Below, in pieces: positions 11,383 to 21,111 of a stretch of 64,000 bases of DNA (positions are counted from its first letter, which is position 1; every line of letters begins with the position of its first letter). The notes under the pieces were generated by a model that searched no databases, was not told where the DNA came from, and saw only the letters and a list, made by a program, of their open reading frames with translations. The DNA is from an uncultured Actinomycetota bacterium (GTDB lineage Bacteria; Actinomycetota; Actinomycetes; Propionibacteriales; Nocardioidaceae), in NCBI GenBank assembly GCA_963834235.1, contig CAWIAS010000008.1, positions 69,192-133,191 of the forward strand. The letters run 5' to 3'. The translations under genes were made by a program, and so were the position numbers.

Positions 11383-12130
11383 TCATGAGTGGATCCCGCA
11401 CTCGGTCTTGTTGGTGCCGGCCCAGCGTCCGCTGCGCGGGTCGTCGCCCGGCGCCACCCGCCGGGTGCACGGCGCAGCAGCCGATCGACGGGTAGCCGTC
11501 GTACACGAGCGGATTCACCAGGATGTGGTGGTCGGCGACGTACTGGTCCACCTGCTCGTCCGACCAGCGTGCGAGCGGGGAGACCTTCACCTTGCCCTTG
11601 CGTGCGTCCCAGCCCACCACCGGTGCGATCACCCGGTTGTGGGTCTCGGCGCGGCGCAGGCCGGTGGCCCACGCGTCGTACGCGGCGAGCGAGTCGGCCA
11701 GGGGCTGGACCTTGCGCAGCTGGCAGCACAGGTCGGGATCGGTCTTGTAGAGGTCCCGGCCGTACGCCGCGTCCTGCTCGGCGACGTTCTGCACGGGCGT
11801 GATCGTGATCAGGTTGACGTCCATCGTCGCTTCGACGGCGTCGCGGGTCCCGATCGTCTCGGCGAAGTGGTAGCCGGTGTCGAGGAAGACCACGTCGACG
11901 TCGGGCGAGACGGTCGACGCGAGGTGGGCCAGAACGGCGTCTCCCATCGACGAGGTGACGCAGAACCGGTCGCCGAAGGTCGCGACGGCCCACTCGATGA
12001 TGTCTGTCGCCGGGGCGAGCTCGAGCTCGGCGCCGACGTGGGAGACCAGCTCGCGCAGCTCCTCCGGGGTGCGGCCCTCCGTGTGTGTGCCGCGATAGGC
12101 GCGAGCCTGGCGGGTGGTGGCGGCGGTCAC
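11383..12130 (-). CDS. cysH: APS/PAPS reductase, frameshift near 11475
   Basis: [27 protein letters not shown](APC)T and C-terminal KTECGIH. The CC...CxxC pattern suggests the 4Fe-4S APS-reductase type. Confidence 0.93.
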
Positions 12131-12312
12131 GAGGTCACCGCCGGGGGACGCAGCTGGCCGAGCATCTTCAGCGAGAACGCGCGCAGGCAGGCCCGGCACT
12201 CCCACGAGCCGTGCGGGGAGGTGACCTCACCGGACTCGGAGACGGCCTCGTGCGGGCGCAGGTCTTCGTCCCCGCAGTAGGGGCAGTGGTAGGGCACGGC
12301 GCGTCCGGACAT
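12127..12312 (-). CDS. Small CxxC...CxxC (zinc-ribbon-like) protein
   Basis: HCPYCGDEDLRP...WECRACLRAF; overlaps both the sirA stop and the cysH start. Confidence 0.8.
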   Translation of the reverse strand: MSGRAVPYHCPYCGDEDLRPHEAVSESGEVTSPHGSWECRACLRAFSLKMLGQLRPPAVTS

Positions 12313-14015
12313 CACACGACCTCGAGAGCCTTCTCGCCGCGGAGCAGGTCCTCGTCGGCCCGGACGACCCAGGTCGCGAAGGACTCGCCCTCGTGGCGCT
12401 CGGCCAGGAAGGCCGTCACCACGTTGGTCACGAAGTCGTCCAGGCCGACGCTGGTCACCTTGTGGGCGCGCAGCTTGCGCCCGAAGTTGGCGCCGAGGCC
12501 CAGGGCGCCGCCGAGGTGGACCTGGAAGCCCTCGACCTGGTGGCCGTCGGCGTCCATGACCAGCTGGCCCTTGAGGCCGATGTCGGCGACCTGGGTGCGG
12601 GCGCAGGCGTTGGGGCAGCCGTTGACGTTGACGCTGATCGGGACGTCGAGGTCGGGAAAGCGCTGCTCGAGCTCCGCGATGAGGGCCTTGGCGCGGTCCT
12701 TGGTGTCGACGATCGCGAGCTTGCAGTACTCGATGCCGGTGCAGGCCATCGTGTTGCGGCGCCAGTTGGAGGGAGTGGCGGTGAGACCGATGCCCTCGAG
12801 GTCGGCGGTGAACGACGCGACGTGGTGGCCCTCGACGCCGATCACGACGAGCTTCTGGTACGCCGTGAGCCGCGCGCCGGTGGCGTCGTACTTCTCGACC
12901 AGGTCGGCGAGCCGGCTGAGTGTCGTCCCGTCGATGCGGCCGACCGTCGGGGCGATGCCGACGTAGAACTTGCCGTCCTTCTGCTCGTGGACGCCGATGT
13001 GGTCGCCCTGGCGCTCGGGCACGGCGGGGGACGGGTTGTCGACGAGCGCGCGGTGGAGGTACTCGCTCTCGAGGACCTCGCGGAACCGCTCCACGCCCCA
13101 GTCGGCGACCAGGAACTTCAAGCGCGCGCGCGAGCGCAGCCGGCGGTAACCGTAGTCACGGAAGATCGACGCGACGCCCTCCCAGGCATCGGCCACCTCC
13201 TCGAGCGGGATCCACACGCCCAGCTTCTGGGCCAGCATCGGGTTGGTCGACAGCCCGCCACCGACCCACAGGTCGAAGCCGGGCCCGTGCTCGGGGTGGA
13301 CGGTGCCGACGAACGACACGTCGTTGACCTCGGGCGCCACGTCATGACTCGGGTGTCCGGTGAGCGCGGTCTTGAACTTGCGGGGGAGGTTGGAGAAGTC
13401 GGGGTTGTCGATGAACCTGCGCTTGATCTCCTCGAGCGCCGACGAGCCGTCGATGATCTCGTCCTTGGCGATGCCGGCCACGGGGGAGCCGAGGAACGGC
13501 CGGGGCGAGTCGCCGCAGGCCTCCGTGGTGTCGAGCCCGACGCCCTCGAGCCGCTCCCAGATCGCGGGGACGTCCTCGATCTGGATCCAGTGGTACTGGA
13601 TGTTGTTGCGGTCGGTGACGTCAGCGGTGTCGCGCGCATACGTCGTGGACACCTCGCCGAGGGCGCGCAGCTGCTCGGTGCCGAGGATGGCGCCGTCGGT
13701 GCGGACCCGCATCATGAAGAAGCGGTCGTCGAGCTCCTCCTCCTCGAGCATGGCGGTCTTGCCGCCGTCGAAACCCGGAGCCCGCTGCGTGTAGAGACCC
13801 ATCCAGCGGAAGCGGCCACGCAGGTCGCCGGGGTCGATCGAGTCGAACCCGCGCTTGGAGTAGATCCCGAGGATCCGGCTCCGGACGTTGAGGGGGTCGT
13901 CGTCCTTCTTCGTCTGCTCGTTCTTGTTCAGGGGCTCGTGGTAGCCGAGCGCCCACTGGCCCTCGCCGCGCTTGGGGCGGGGACGTGGGGTGCGAGGTGC
14001 GGCCTGGGTGCTCAA
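12312..14015 (-). CDS. sirA: Ferredoxin-dependent sulfite/nitrite reductase (siroheme, 4Fe-4S)
   Basis: EACGDSPR, LPRKFK, ACTGIEYCKLA and NGCPNAC motifs; GAAGGA RBS before a TTG start. Confidence 0.95.
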   Translation of the reverse strand: MSTQAAPRTPRPRPKRGEGQWALGYHEPLNKNEQTKKDDDPLNVRSRILGIYSKRGFDSIDPGDLRGRFRWMGLYTQRAPGFDGGKTAMLEEEELDDRFFMMRVRTDGAILGTEQLRALGEVSTTYARDTADVTDRNNIQYHWIQIEDVPAIWERLEGVGLDTTEACGDSPRPFLGSPVAGIAKDEIIDGSSALEEIKRRFIDNPDFSNLPRKFKTALTGHPSHDVAPEVNDVSFVGTVHPEHGPGFDLWVGGGLSTNPMLAQKLGVWIPLEEVADAWEGVASIFRDYGYRRLRSRARLKFLVADWGVERFREVLESEYLHRALVDNPSPAVPERQGDHIGVHEQKDGKFYVGIAPTVGRIDGTTLSRLADLVEKYDATGARLTAYQKLVVIGVEGHHVASFTADLEGIGLTATPSNWRRNTMACTGIEYCKLAIVDTKDRAKALIAELEQRFPDLDVPISVNVNGCPNACARTQVADIGLKGQLVMDADGHQVEGFQVHLGGALGLGANFGRKLRAHKVTSVGLDDFVTNVVTAFLAERHEGESFATWVVRADEDLLRGEKALEVV

Positions 14016-14101
14016 GACGGTGGTCCTTCACGCTGAGGTGCCGCGCGCGACGGTGAGCGCGGGTGATGCGGCATCTGATTTCCGGGGGAGTGTGCGGAAC
14101 T

Positions 14102-14191
14102 TCAGCGGGGCCAACACATGGAGCTGCGGGTGCGCCCGAGGTCCACGTGGCGTCGGACCACGAGGTAGGCGTGCGTCGCAGGGGAGATCAT
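14102..14191 (-). CDS. Putative attenuator leader peptide (29 aa)
   Basis: MISPATHAYLVVRRHVDLGRTRSSMCWPR*. The RRHVDLxR...C pattern matches actinobacterial leader peptides upstream of sulfur-metabolism genes. Exact start uncertain. Confidence 0.75.
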   Translation of the reverse strand: MISPATHAYLVVRRHVDLGRTRSSMCWPR

Positions 14192-14220
14192 GTCAAGCAG
14201 TCTCAGGGGGCGGACACCCT

Positions 14221-14270
14221 TCCCACAAGCTGAAATCCCATGAAGTGAGACGTCGCTCCACGATGTGAGA
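14221..14270. promoter_or_regulatory. Three tandem imperfect palindromes (YCCA-N5-TGARA), candidate regulator sites
   Basis: TCCCA-CAAGC-TGAAA, TCCCA-TGAAG-TGAGA and CTCCA-CGATG-TGAGA between the divergent sirA and glyA. Confidence 0.55.
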
Positions 14271-14370
14271 CGTCGTGGCCCCGGGACGCCTGTGCCCGCA
14301 CCCGGATGCGGTCCAGGTCACACCGGGCCGCGGTCCTGACCGGGGACGACGCCGGCACTAGGCTGCTGCC

Positions 14371-15807
14371 ATGACGGATGCCCTCATCAGCAGCGCGTAC
14401 AACCAGGCCCTCGAGGTCATCGCCTCGGTCGAACCCCGCATCGCGGACGCCACGCGTCAGGAGCTGGCCGACCAGCGGGCCTCTCTCAAGCTGATCGCCA
14501 GCGAGAACTACGCGTCGCCGGCGGTGCTGCTCACGATGGGCACCTGGTTCAGCGACAAGTACGCCGAGGGCACGGTCGGTCACCGCTTCTACGCCGGCTG
14601 CCAGAACGTCGACACCGTCGAGGCGCTCGCCGCCGAGCACGCCCGCGAGCTGTTCGGGGCGCCGTACGCCTATGCGCAGCCGCACTCCGGCATCGACGCC
14701 AACCTGGTCGCCTTCTGGTCGATCCTCGCCCACCGCGTCGAGGGGCCGGCGCTGGAGAAGCTCGGCGCCAAGAACGTCAACGAGCTCACCGACGAGGACT
14801 GGGAGACGCTGCGCCACGAGCTCGGCAACCAGCGGCTGCTCGGCATGTCGCTCGACGCGGGCGGCCACCTGACCCACGGGTTCCGGCCCAACATCAGCGG
14901 CAAGATGTTCCACCAGCAGCAGTACGGCACCGACCCCGTGACCGGCCTGCTCGACTACGACAAGGTCGCCGCGAAGGCCCGCGAGTTCAAGCCGCTGGTG
15001 CTGGTCGCCGGCTACTCCGCCTACCCGCGCCGGGTGAACTTCGCCAAGATGCGCGAGATCGCCGACGAGGTCGGCGCCACGCTCATGGTCGACATGGCCC
15101 ACTTCGCCGGCCTGGTCGCCGGCAAGGTGTTCACCGGTGACGAGGACCCGGTCCCGTTCGCCCACGTCACCACCACGACCACCCACAAGTCGCTGCGCGG
15201 TCCGCGCGGTGGTCTCGTCCTCGCCCAGGAGGAGTACGCCTCCGCGGTCGACCGGGGGTGCCCGATGGTGCTCGGCGGCCCGTTGTCACACGTGATGGCG
15301 GCCAAGGCCGTCGCCCTCGCCGAGGCCCGCCAGCCGTCGTTCCAGACCTACGCACAGAAGATCGCCGACAACGCGAAGTCGCTCGCCGAGGGGTTCCTGA
15401 CCCGCGACGCCACGTTGGTCACCGGTGGCACCGACAACCACATCGTCCTGCTCGACGTCTCGTCCTTCGGGCTGACCGGGCGCCAGGCGGAGTCGGCGCT
15501 CCTCGACGCAGGCGTGGTCACCAACCGCAACTCCGTCCCGTCCGACCCGAACGGCGCGTGGTACACCTCCGGCATCCGGTTCGGCACCCCCGCCCTCACC
15601 ACCCGCGGCTTCGGGCACGACGAGTTCGACACCGTCGCGGAGCTGGTCGTCCACGTCCTGTCCAACACCCAGCCCGGCGTCACGAAGGCCGGGGGGCCGT
15701 CGAAGGCGTCGTACACCCTGGCCGACGGGGTGGCCGACAAGGTGAAGGACGCTTCCGCCGAGATGCTCGACAAGCACCCGCTCTACCCGGGTCTGACCCT
15801 GGCGTAG
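14371..15807 (+). CDS. glyA: Serine hydroxymethyltransferase
   Basis: LIASENY, KYAEG, GGHLTHG and [13 protein letters not shown] (PLP lysine) motifs. Confidence 0.98.
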   Translation: MTDALISSAYNQALEVIASVEPRIADATRQELADQRASLKLIASENYASPAVLLTMGTWFSDKYAEGTVGHRFYAGCQNVDTVEALAAEHARELFGAPYAYAQPHSGIDANLVAFWSILAHRVEGPALEKLGAKNVNELTDEDWETLRHELGNQRLLGMSLDAGGHLTHGFRPNISGKMFHQQQYGTDPVTGLLDYDKVAAKAREFKPLVLVAGYSAYPRRVNFAKMREIADEVGATLMVDMAHFAGLVAGKVFTGDEDPVPFAHVTTTTTHKSLRGPRGGLVLAQEEYASAVDRGCPMVLGGPLSHVMAAKAVALAEARQPSFQTYAQKIADNAKSLAEGFLTRDATLVTGGTDNHIVLLDVSSFGLTGRQAESALLDAGVVTNRNSVPSDPNGAWYTSGIRFGTPALTTRGFGHDEFDTVAELVVHVLSNTQPGVTKAGGPSKASYTLADGVADKVKDASAEMLDKHPLYPGLTLA

Positions 15808-15982
15808 CGAGCGCAGCGAGCTCCCGCCGTGCCCCTGGAGCTCAGCTGGTCGCGTCCAGCAGGTCCTGCTGAACGCGCCCTCGCGCCGCTGACCCTCGAT
15901 CACACGTGTGGCGTGGGCCACCAGTGGGTATGGCTGTGTCGTCGCGCGCGAATCGGATGCGCGGGAACCCCCTGGAGGATCG

Positions 15983-17410
15983 ATGAGCACCTCGACCGAG
16001 GACCCGGACCAGCAGGCGTCCGCACCGCCGCCGAAGAAGGACCGGACCCACTATCTCTACATCGGCGTGATCGTGGCGGTGATCCTCGGCATCATCGTCG
16101 GGTTCGCGTTCCCCGACTTCGCGGTCAAGCTCGCGCCGCTCGGCGAGGGCTTCGTCGCGTTGATCAAGATGATGATCCAGCCGGTCATCTTCTGCACGAT
16201 CGTGATCGGGGTCGGCTCGGTCGCGAGTGCCGCCCGGGTCGGGAAGGTCGGCGGCCTGGCGCTGGCGTACTTCGTGACCATGTCCACCTTCGCCCTGGCC
16301 ATCGGCCTGGTCGTCGGCAACATCCTCAAGCCGGGTGAAGGACTGCAGATCGACGAGTCCACGGCCAGCGCCGGCCAGGCGCAGGCAGAGGGCGCCGGCA
16401 GCACGACCGAGTTCCTCGTCGGCATCATCCCCACCTCGCTCTTCTCCTCACTGACGTCGGGCGAGGTGCTCGAGACGCTGCTGGTCGCCCTGCTGATCGG
16501 CTTCGCCCTCCAGCAGATGGGACCGGTCGGAGCGCCGATCCTGCGAGGGGTCGGACACCTCCAGCGCCTGGTGTTCCGGGTGCTCGCGATGATCATGTGG
16601 GCGGCTCCCATCGGTGCTTTCGGGGCGATCGCAGCAGTCGTCGGCGAAACCGGCCTCGACGCACTCAAGAGCCTCGCGATTCTGATGGTCGCCTTCTACG
16701 TCACGTGTCTGCTGTTCGTCTTCGGTGTGCTCGGCACGTTGCTGAAGGTCGTGACCGGGGTCAACGTCTTCAGCCTCTTCCGCTACCTGGCCCGCGAGTT
16801 CCTGCTGATCCTCTCGACCTCCTCCTCGGAGTCGGCGCTGCCGAGGTTGATCGCCAAGATGGAGCACGCGGGCGTCGACAAGCCCACCGTGGGTGTCGTC
16901 GTCCCGACCGGCTACTCGTTCAACCTGGACGGCACGGCGATCTACCTGACGATGGCGTCGCTCTTCATCGCGGAGGCGTTGGGCGACCCGCTGAGCATCG
17001 GCGAGCAGATCTCGCTCCTCCTCTTCATGATGATCGCCTCGAAGGGTGCCGCCGGGGTCACCGGAGCGGGCCTCGCAACCCTGGCTGGAGGCCTGAGCTC
17101 CCACCGCCCCGACCTGGTCGACGGCGTCGGCATCATCGTGGGCATCGATCGGTTCATGTCCGAGGCGCGGGCCCTGACCAACTTCGCCGGGAACTCGATC
17201 GCGACCGTGCTGATCGGGCAGTGGACCGATGGTCTCGACCGGGCGAAGCTCGACCGGGTGCTGGCGGGCGACGACCCGTTCGACGAGCGGACGATGCTCG
17301 ACGACGACGAGGAAGGGCTCCCTGCGGACGAACCCGGAGACCGTCCGGCAGCGCCCGGTCCTCCTCGCAGGCCTAGACGCTGGGCGTGGCGCGGTCGACG
17401 ATCGCCCTGA
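15983..17410 (+). CDS. dctA: C4-dicarboxylate:cation symporter (DAACS family)
   Basis: STSSSESALP, GYSFNLDGT, ASKGAAGVTG and IDRFMSEARALTN motifs. True stop may be near 17376 given the overlap with the convergent gene. Confidence 0.93.
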   Translation: MSTSTEDPDQQASAPPPKKDRTHYLYIGVIVAVILGIIVGFAFPDFAVKLAPLGEGFVALIKMMIQPVIFCTIVIGVGSVASAARVGKVGGLALAYFVTMSTFALAIGLVVGNILKPGEGLQIDESTASAGQAQAEGAGSTTEFLVGIIPTSLFSSLTSGEVLETLLVALLIGFALQQMGPVGAPILRGVGHLQRLVFRVLAMIMWAAPIGAFGAIAAVVGETGLDALKSLAILMVAFYVTCLLFVFGVLGTLLKVVTGVNVFSLFRYLAREFLLILSTSSSESALPRLIAKMEHAGVDKPTVGVVVPTGYSFNLDGTAIYLTMASLFIAEALGDPLSIGEQISLLLFMMIASKGAAGVTGAGLATLAGGLSSHRPDLVDGVGIIVGIDRFMSEARALTNFAGNSIATVLIGQWTDGLDRAKLDRVLAGDDPFDERTMLDDDEEGLPADEPGDRPAAPGPPRRPRRWAWRGRRSP

Positions 17411-19004
17411 GGTCGCCGCCGCCCAGCGTGCCGAACGTGCCGTCGTACGACGTGCCGAGCCGTGAGGAGCAGAACGCGTCGGCCACCTCGGGCGGGGCGA
17501 AGCGCACGAGGAGGGAGCCCTGGAGGCAGGCGGCCATCTGGCCGGCCAGCCGTCGGGCCGACGCCTCGAGTGCGGTGGTGTCGCCGAGCAGGGCGAGCGT
17601 GTCGTGGATGGCTCGGTCGAGCCGGGGGTCGGCACCCTGCGCGAGCCCGACCTCGGTGATCCACGCCTCGAGCACCTCGGGCTCGCGCGACAGGGCCCGC
17701 AGGACGTCGAGCGCGTTGACGTTGCCCGAGCCCTCCCAGACCGAGTTCAAGGGTGCCTCGCGATAGAGCATCGGCAGCACGGACTCCTCGACGTACCCGT
17801 TGCCGCCGAGACACTCCAGGGCCTCCGCGACCATGAACGGGGTGCGCTTGCACACCCAGAACTTCGCGAGCGGCAGGGCGATCCGCCGCAGTGCCGCCTC
17901 GTGCGGGTCGGCGCTGTCGTCCACGGCGGCGGCGAGTCGCATCGCCAGCGCGGTGGCCGCCTCGGTCTCGACGGCGAGGTCGGCGAGCACGTTCTGCATC
18001 AACGGCTTGTCGGCGAGCAGCGACCCGAAGGCCGAGCGGTGCGCGGCATGCCACGACGCCTCGTTGAGTGCGCGGCGCATGAGTGACGTCGACCCCAGGA
18101 CGCAGTCCAGCCGCGTGGCGGCCACCATCTCGATGATGGTGCGGACCCCGCGACCCTCGTCGCCGAGACGCTGGGCCACCGTGCCGTCGAGCTCGAGCTC
18201 CGACGACGCGTTCGACCGGTTGCCCAGCTTGTCCTTGAGCCGGACCACGTCGAGCCGGTTGCGCGTGCCGTCGGGCAGCACGCGCGGCACCACGAAACAG
18301 GTCACGCCACCCTCGGCCTGGGCCAGCACCAGGAACATGTCATTCATGGGGGCGGACGTGAACCACTTGTGGCCGTGCAGGGTGTACTCGCCGTCGACGG
18401 ACGTGGGCCTGGCCACCGTGACATTGGCGCGCACGTCCGAGCCGCCCTGCTTCTCGGTCATGCCCATGCCGGCGAGCGCGCCGCGCTTCTCGGCGATCGG
18501 GCGCAGACCGGGGTCGTAGCTGGTCGACGCCAGCAGCGGCGTCCACTCCTTGGCGACCGCATCGTCGGCACGGAGGGCGGGGACGGCGGCGTACGTCATC
18601 GAGATCGGGCAGCCGTGGCCGGGCTCGGTGTGCGACCAGGCCATGAAGCCGGCCGCCCGACGGACGTGCGCGTGCGGGGCGTCGGACTCCCAGGGGGTCG
18701 CCGCGAGGCCGTGCCCGATCGCGCGCTCCATCAGCCAGTGCCAGGAAGGGTGGAACGCGACCTCGTCGATCCGGTTGCCGAACCGGTCGTACGGCGTGAG
18801 CCGCGGGTGGTTCTCGTTGGCGAGCACGCCGTGCTCGCGCGCCTCGGCGGTGCCGGCCTCGGCACCGATCGTCACCAGGTCGTCGACCACCGCCGTGGAG
18901 CCGTGACGCTCGACTGCTTCGACCAGGGCGCGGTCGCAGGTCACGACGTTGTGCCCGACCAGCGGCGGAGCCTGGTTGGTGGCTACCCGGATGTCGCTGT
19001 CCAT
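17373..19004 (-). CDS. Acyl-CoA dehydrogenase family protein, AidB-like
   Basis: GCPISMTYA, MGMTEKQGGSDV, GHKWFTSAP, LKDKLGNRSNAS and NSVWEGSGN motifs. Confidence 0.9.
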   Translation of the reverse strand: MDSDIRVATNQAPPLVGHNVVTCDRALVEAVERHGSTAVVDDLVTIGAEAGTAEAREHGVLANENHPRLTPYDRFGNRIDEVAFHPSWHWLMERAIGHGLAATPWESDAPHAHVRRAAGFMAWSHTEPGHGCPISMTYAAVPALRADDAVAKEWTPLLASTSYDPGLRPIAEKRGALAGMGMTEKQGGSDVRANVTVARPTSVDGEYTLHGHKWFTSAPMNDMFLVLAQAEGGVTCFVVPRVLPDGTRNRLDVVRLKDKLGNRSNASSELELDGTVAQRLGDEGRGVRTIIEMVAATRLDCVLGSTSLMRRALNEASWHAAHRSAFGSLLADKPLMQNVLADLAVETEAATALAMRLAAAVDDSADPHEAALRRIALPLAKFWVCKRTPFMVAEALECLGGNGYVEESVLPMLYREAPLNSVWEGSGNVNALDVLRALSREPEVLEAWITEVGLAQGADPRLDRAIHDTLALLGDTTALEASARRLAGQMAACLQGSLLVRFAPPEVADAFCSSRLGTSYDGTFGTLGGGDLRAIVDRATPSV

Positions 19005-19021
19005 GTGGATACCGTAGGCCC

Positions 19022-19999
19022 ATGCCGCACCCGGAGACCCAACCCCTGGCAGGGGTGGACCGGGTCCGGGCCTGGCTGACCAACGCGCGCGAGGTGTTCT
19101 GGCGGCTGGTCGTCACGACGGTCGGCTCCTGCATGCGTCACCGGGTGACCGGCCTCGCGGCCGAGGCGGCGTTCTTCGCCGTCGTGTCGGTGCCGCCGCT
19201 GATCTTCGCGATGGCCGGGGCGATCGGCTACGTGACCGAGAGCTTCACCCCGGCGCAGGTGGCCGACGTCAAGGCCGCGGTCATCGAGCTGTCGTCCCGG
19301 GCACTGACCGACAGTGCCGTCGACAGGATCATCGAACCCACCATCAACGACGTCCTCGAGGGCGGCCGGTTCGACGTGATCTCGCTGGGCTTCGTGCTCG
19401 CCCTGTGGTCCGGCTCGCGTGCGCTCAACGTCTTCGTCGACACCATCACGATCATGCACGGGCTCGGCGGTCACCGCGGGATCATCAAGACGCGGGCGTT
19501 GTCCTTCCTGCTCTACATCCTCGCGATGATCACCGGCGTCGTCTCGATCCCGCTCGTCGTGGCCGGTCCCGGCCTGGTCAGGGAGCTGCTGCCGCAGCGC
19601 GCCGACTTCGTGATGACGTTCTACTGGCCGACGGTGGTCGTGGTCTGCATCTGCTTCCTCGCCACGCTCTACCACGTGTCGGTCCCGGTGCGGACGAACT
19701 GGAGCTTCAACCTCCCCGGCGCCACCTTCGCGCTGGTGTGCTGGATCCTCGGGTCCTACGTCCTGCGGTGGGTGCTGACCGTCACGGCCGCCGACTCCAG
19801 GTCCATCTACGGTCCGCTGGCGGCACCGATCGCCGTCCTGCTGTGGCTCTACATCGTCGCGATCGCCGTCCTGATCGGTGCGGCGGTCAACGCGTCCTTC
19901 GACACCGTCTTCCCGCAGAAGTCGACCACCCGCGCCCGCCTCGAACTCGTCCACCGCCTTCGGCAGCGGATGACGCCGCGCGACGCCCCGGTCGAGTAG
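19022..19999 (+). CDS. YihY/virulence factor BrkB family membrane protein
   Basis: GLAAEAAFF, LWSGSRA and IYGPLAAPIAVLLWLY motifs. Confidence 0.9.
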   Translation: MPHPETQPLAGVDRVRAWLTNAREVFWRLVVTTVGSCMRHRVTGLAAEAAFFAVVSVPPLIFAMAGAIGYVTESFTPAQVADVKAAVIELSSRALTDSAVDRIIEPTINDVLEGGRFDVISLGFVLALWSGSRALNVFVDTITIMHGLGGHRGIIKTRALSFLLYILAMITGVVSIPLVVAGPGLVRELLPQRADFVMTFYWPTVVVVCICFLATLYHVSVPVRTNWSFNLPGATFALVCWILGSYVLRWVLTVTAADSRSIYGPLAAPIAVLLWLYIVAIAVLIGAAVNASFDTVFPQKSTTRARLELVHRLRQRMTPRDAPVE

Positions 20000-20009
20000 G
20001 TTTCGGAGC

Positions 20010-21108
20010 GTGGCGGACCACCTCAGCGGCGCCCACGGACAAACCCGTGGCAGGGTGTCGCTCCCCGAGAAGACGAGATCTCCCTGGTGGGAGCTCGGGC
20101 GCCGGGTCCTCGCGGCCGTCAGCATCCTGGTCGGCACCGTTCTCCTGGTGTACTTCGACCGGCACGCCTACGCGCGACAACAACGACCCGACGCGTGCGG
20201 TGGACCTGGTCGATGCGATCTACTACACGACGGTCACGCTGAGCACGACCGGGTACGGCGACATCGCACCCGTCGAACCGCACGCGCGGCTGATCAACGC
20301 GTTCGTCGTCACCCCGCTCCGCATCGCCTTCCTGGTGTTGCTGATCGGGACCACCCTCGAGGTGCTCGCCTCGCAGGGCCGCGAGATTTTCCGGGTGGCC
20401 CGGTGGAGGAAGAAGATGGGCAATCACGTCGTCGTCGTCGGTTACGGCACGAAGGGACGGAGTGCGGTCGAGACCCTGATCAACAACGGGCAGGACCCGG
20501 AGGCGATCGTGGTCGTCGACACCTCGGACGTGGCGCTGTCGGACGCCCATGCCGACGGGCTGGCGGTGGTCACGGGAGATGCAACGCGTCGTGGCGTGCT
20601 GCGGCAGGCGCGGGTGTTCGAGGCCAGCCAGGTCATCATCACCACCGACCGGGACGACTCCAACGTCCTCGCCACCCTCACCGTGCGTCAGCTGAACCCC
20701 GACGCGTACATCGTCTCGGCGGTGCGCGAGCACGAGAACGCCTCGCTCATGCGTCAGTCCGGCGCCAACTCGGTGATCACGTCCTCGGACGCGGTCGGAC
20801 GTCTCCTGGGGCTCTCGTCCCTGTCGCCGACGCTGGGTTCGGTGATGGAGGACCTGCTGACCTACGGAGAGGGTCTCGAGGTTGCCGAACGTGACCTGCT
20901 GGTGTCCGAGGTCGGCCAGCCGCCGACGAGCCTGCCCGACCAGGTGATCGCGGTCGTGCGCGACGAGCAGGTCTACCGCTACTTCGACCCGGTGGTCACC
21001 CAGCTCGCCCGGGGCGACCGACTGATCGTCGTCCGACCCGCCAAGGAGCTGCCCTGGGCGCCACGCCCCGGCACCCACAACGAGGACCTCGCGAGCGACG
21101 AGGGCTAG
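20010..21108 (+). CDS. Potassium channel (2TM pore plus RCK/TrkA-N domain), frameshift near 20175
   Basis: Selectivity filter TLSTTGYGDI; RCK motif HVVVVGYGTKG. Confidence 0.9.
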
Positions 21109-21111
21109 AGG

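Noticed and set aside
12127..12312. CxxC protein as an IS1-like insertion-element fragment
   Set aside because: No transposase core or terminal repeats, and it is tightly coupled inside the sulfate operon.
14280..14370. Possible ZTP or glycine riboswitch upstream of glyA
   Set aside because: No aptamer motif recognised, and TAGGCT 6 nt before the ATG indicates a leaderless mRNA with no 5' UTR.
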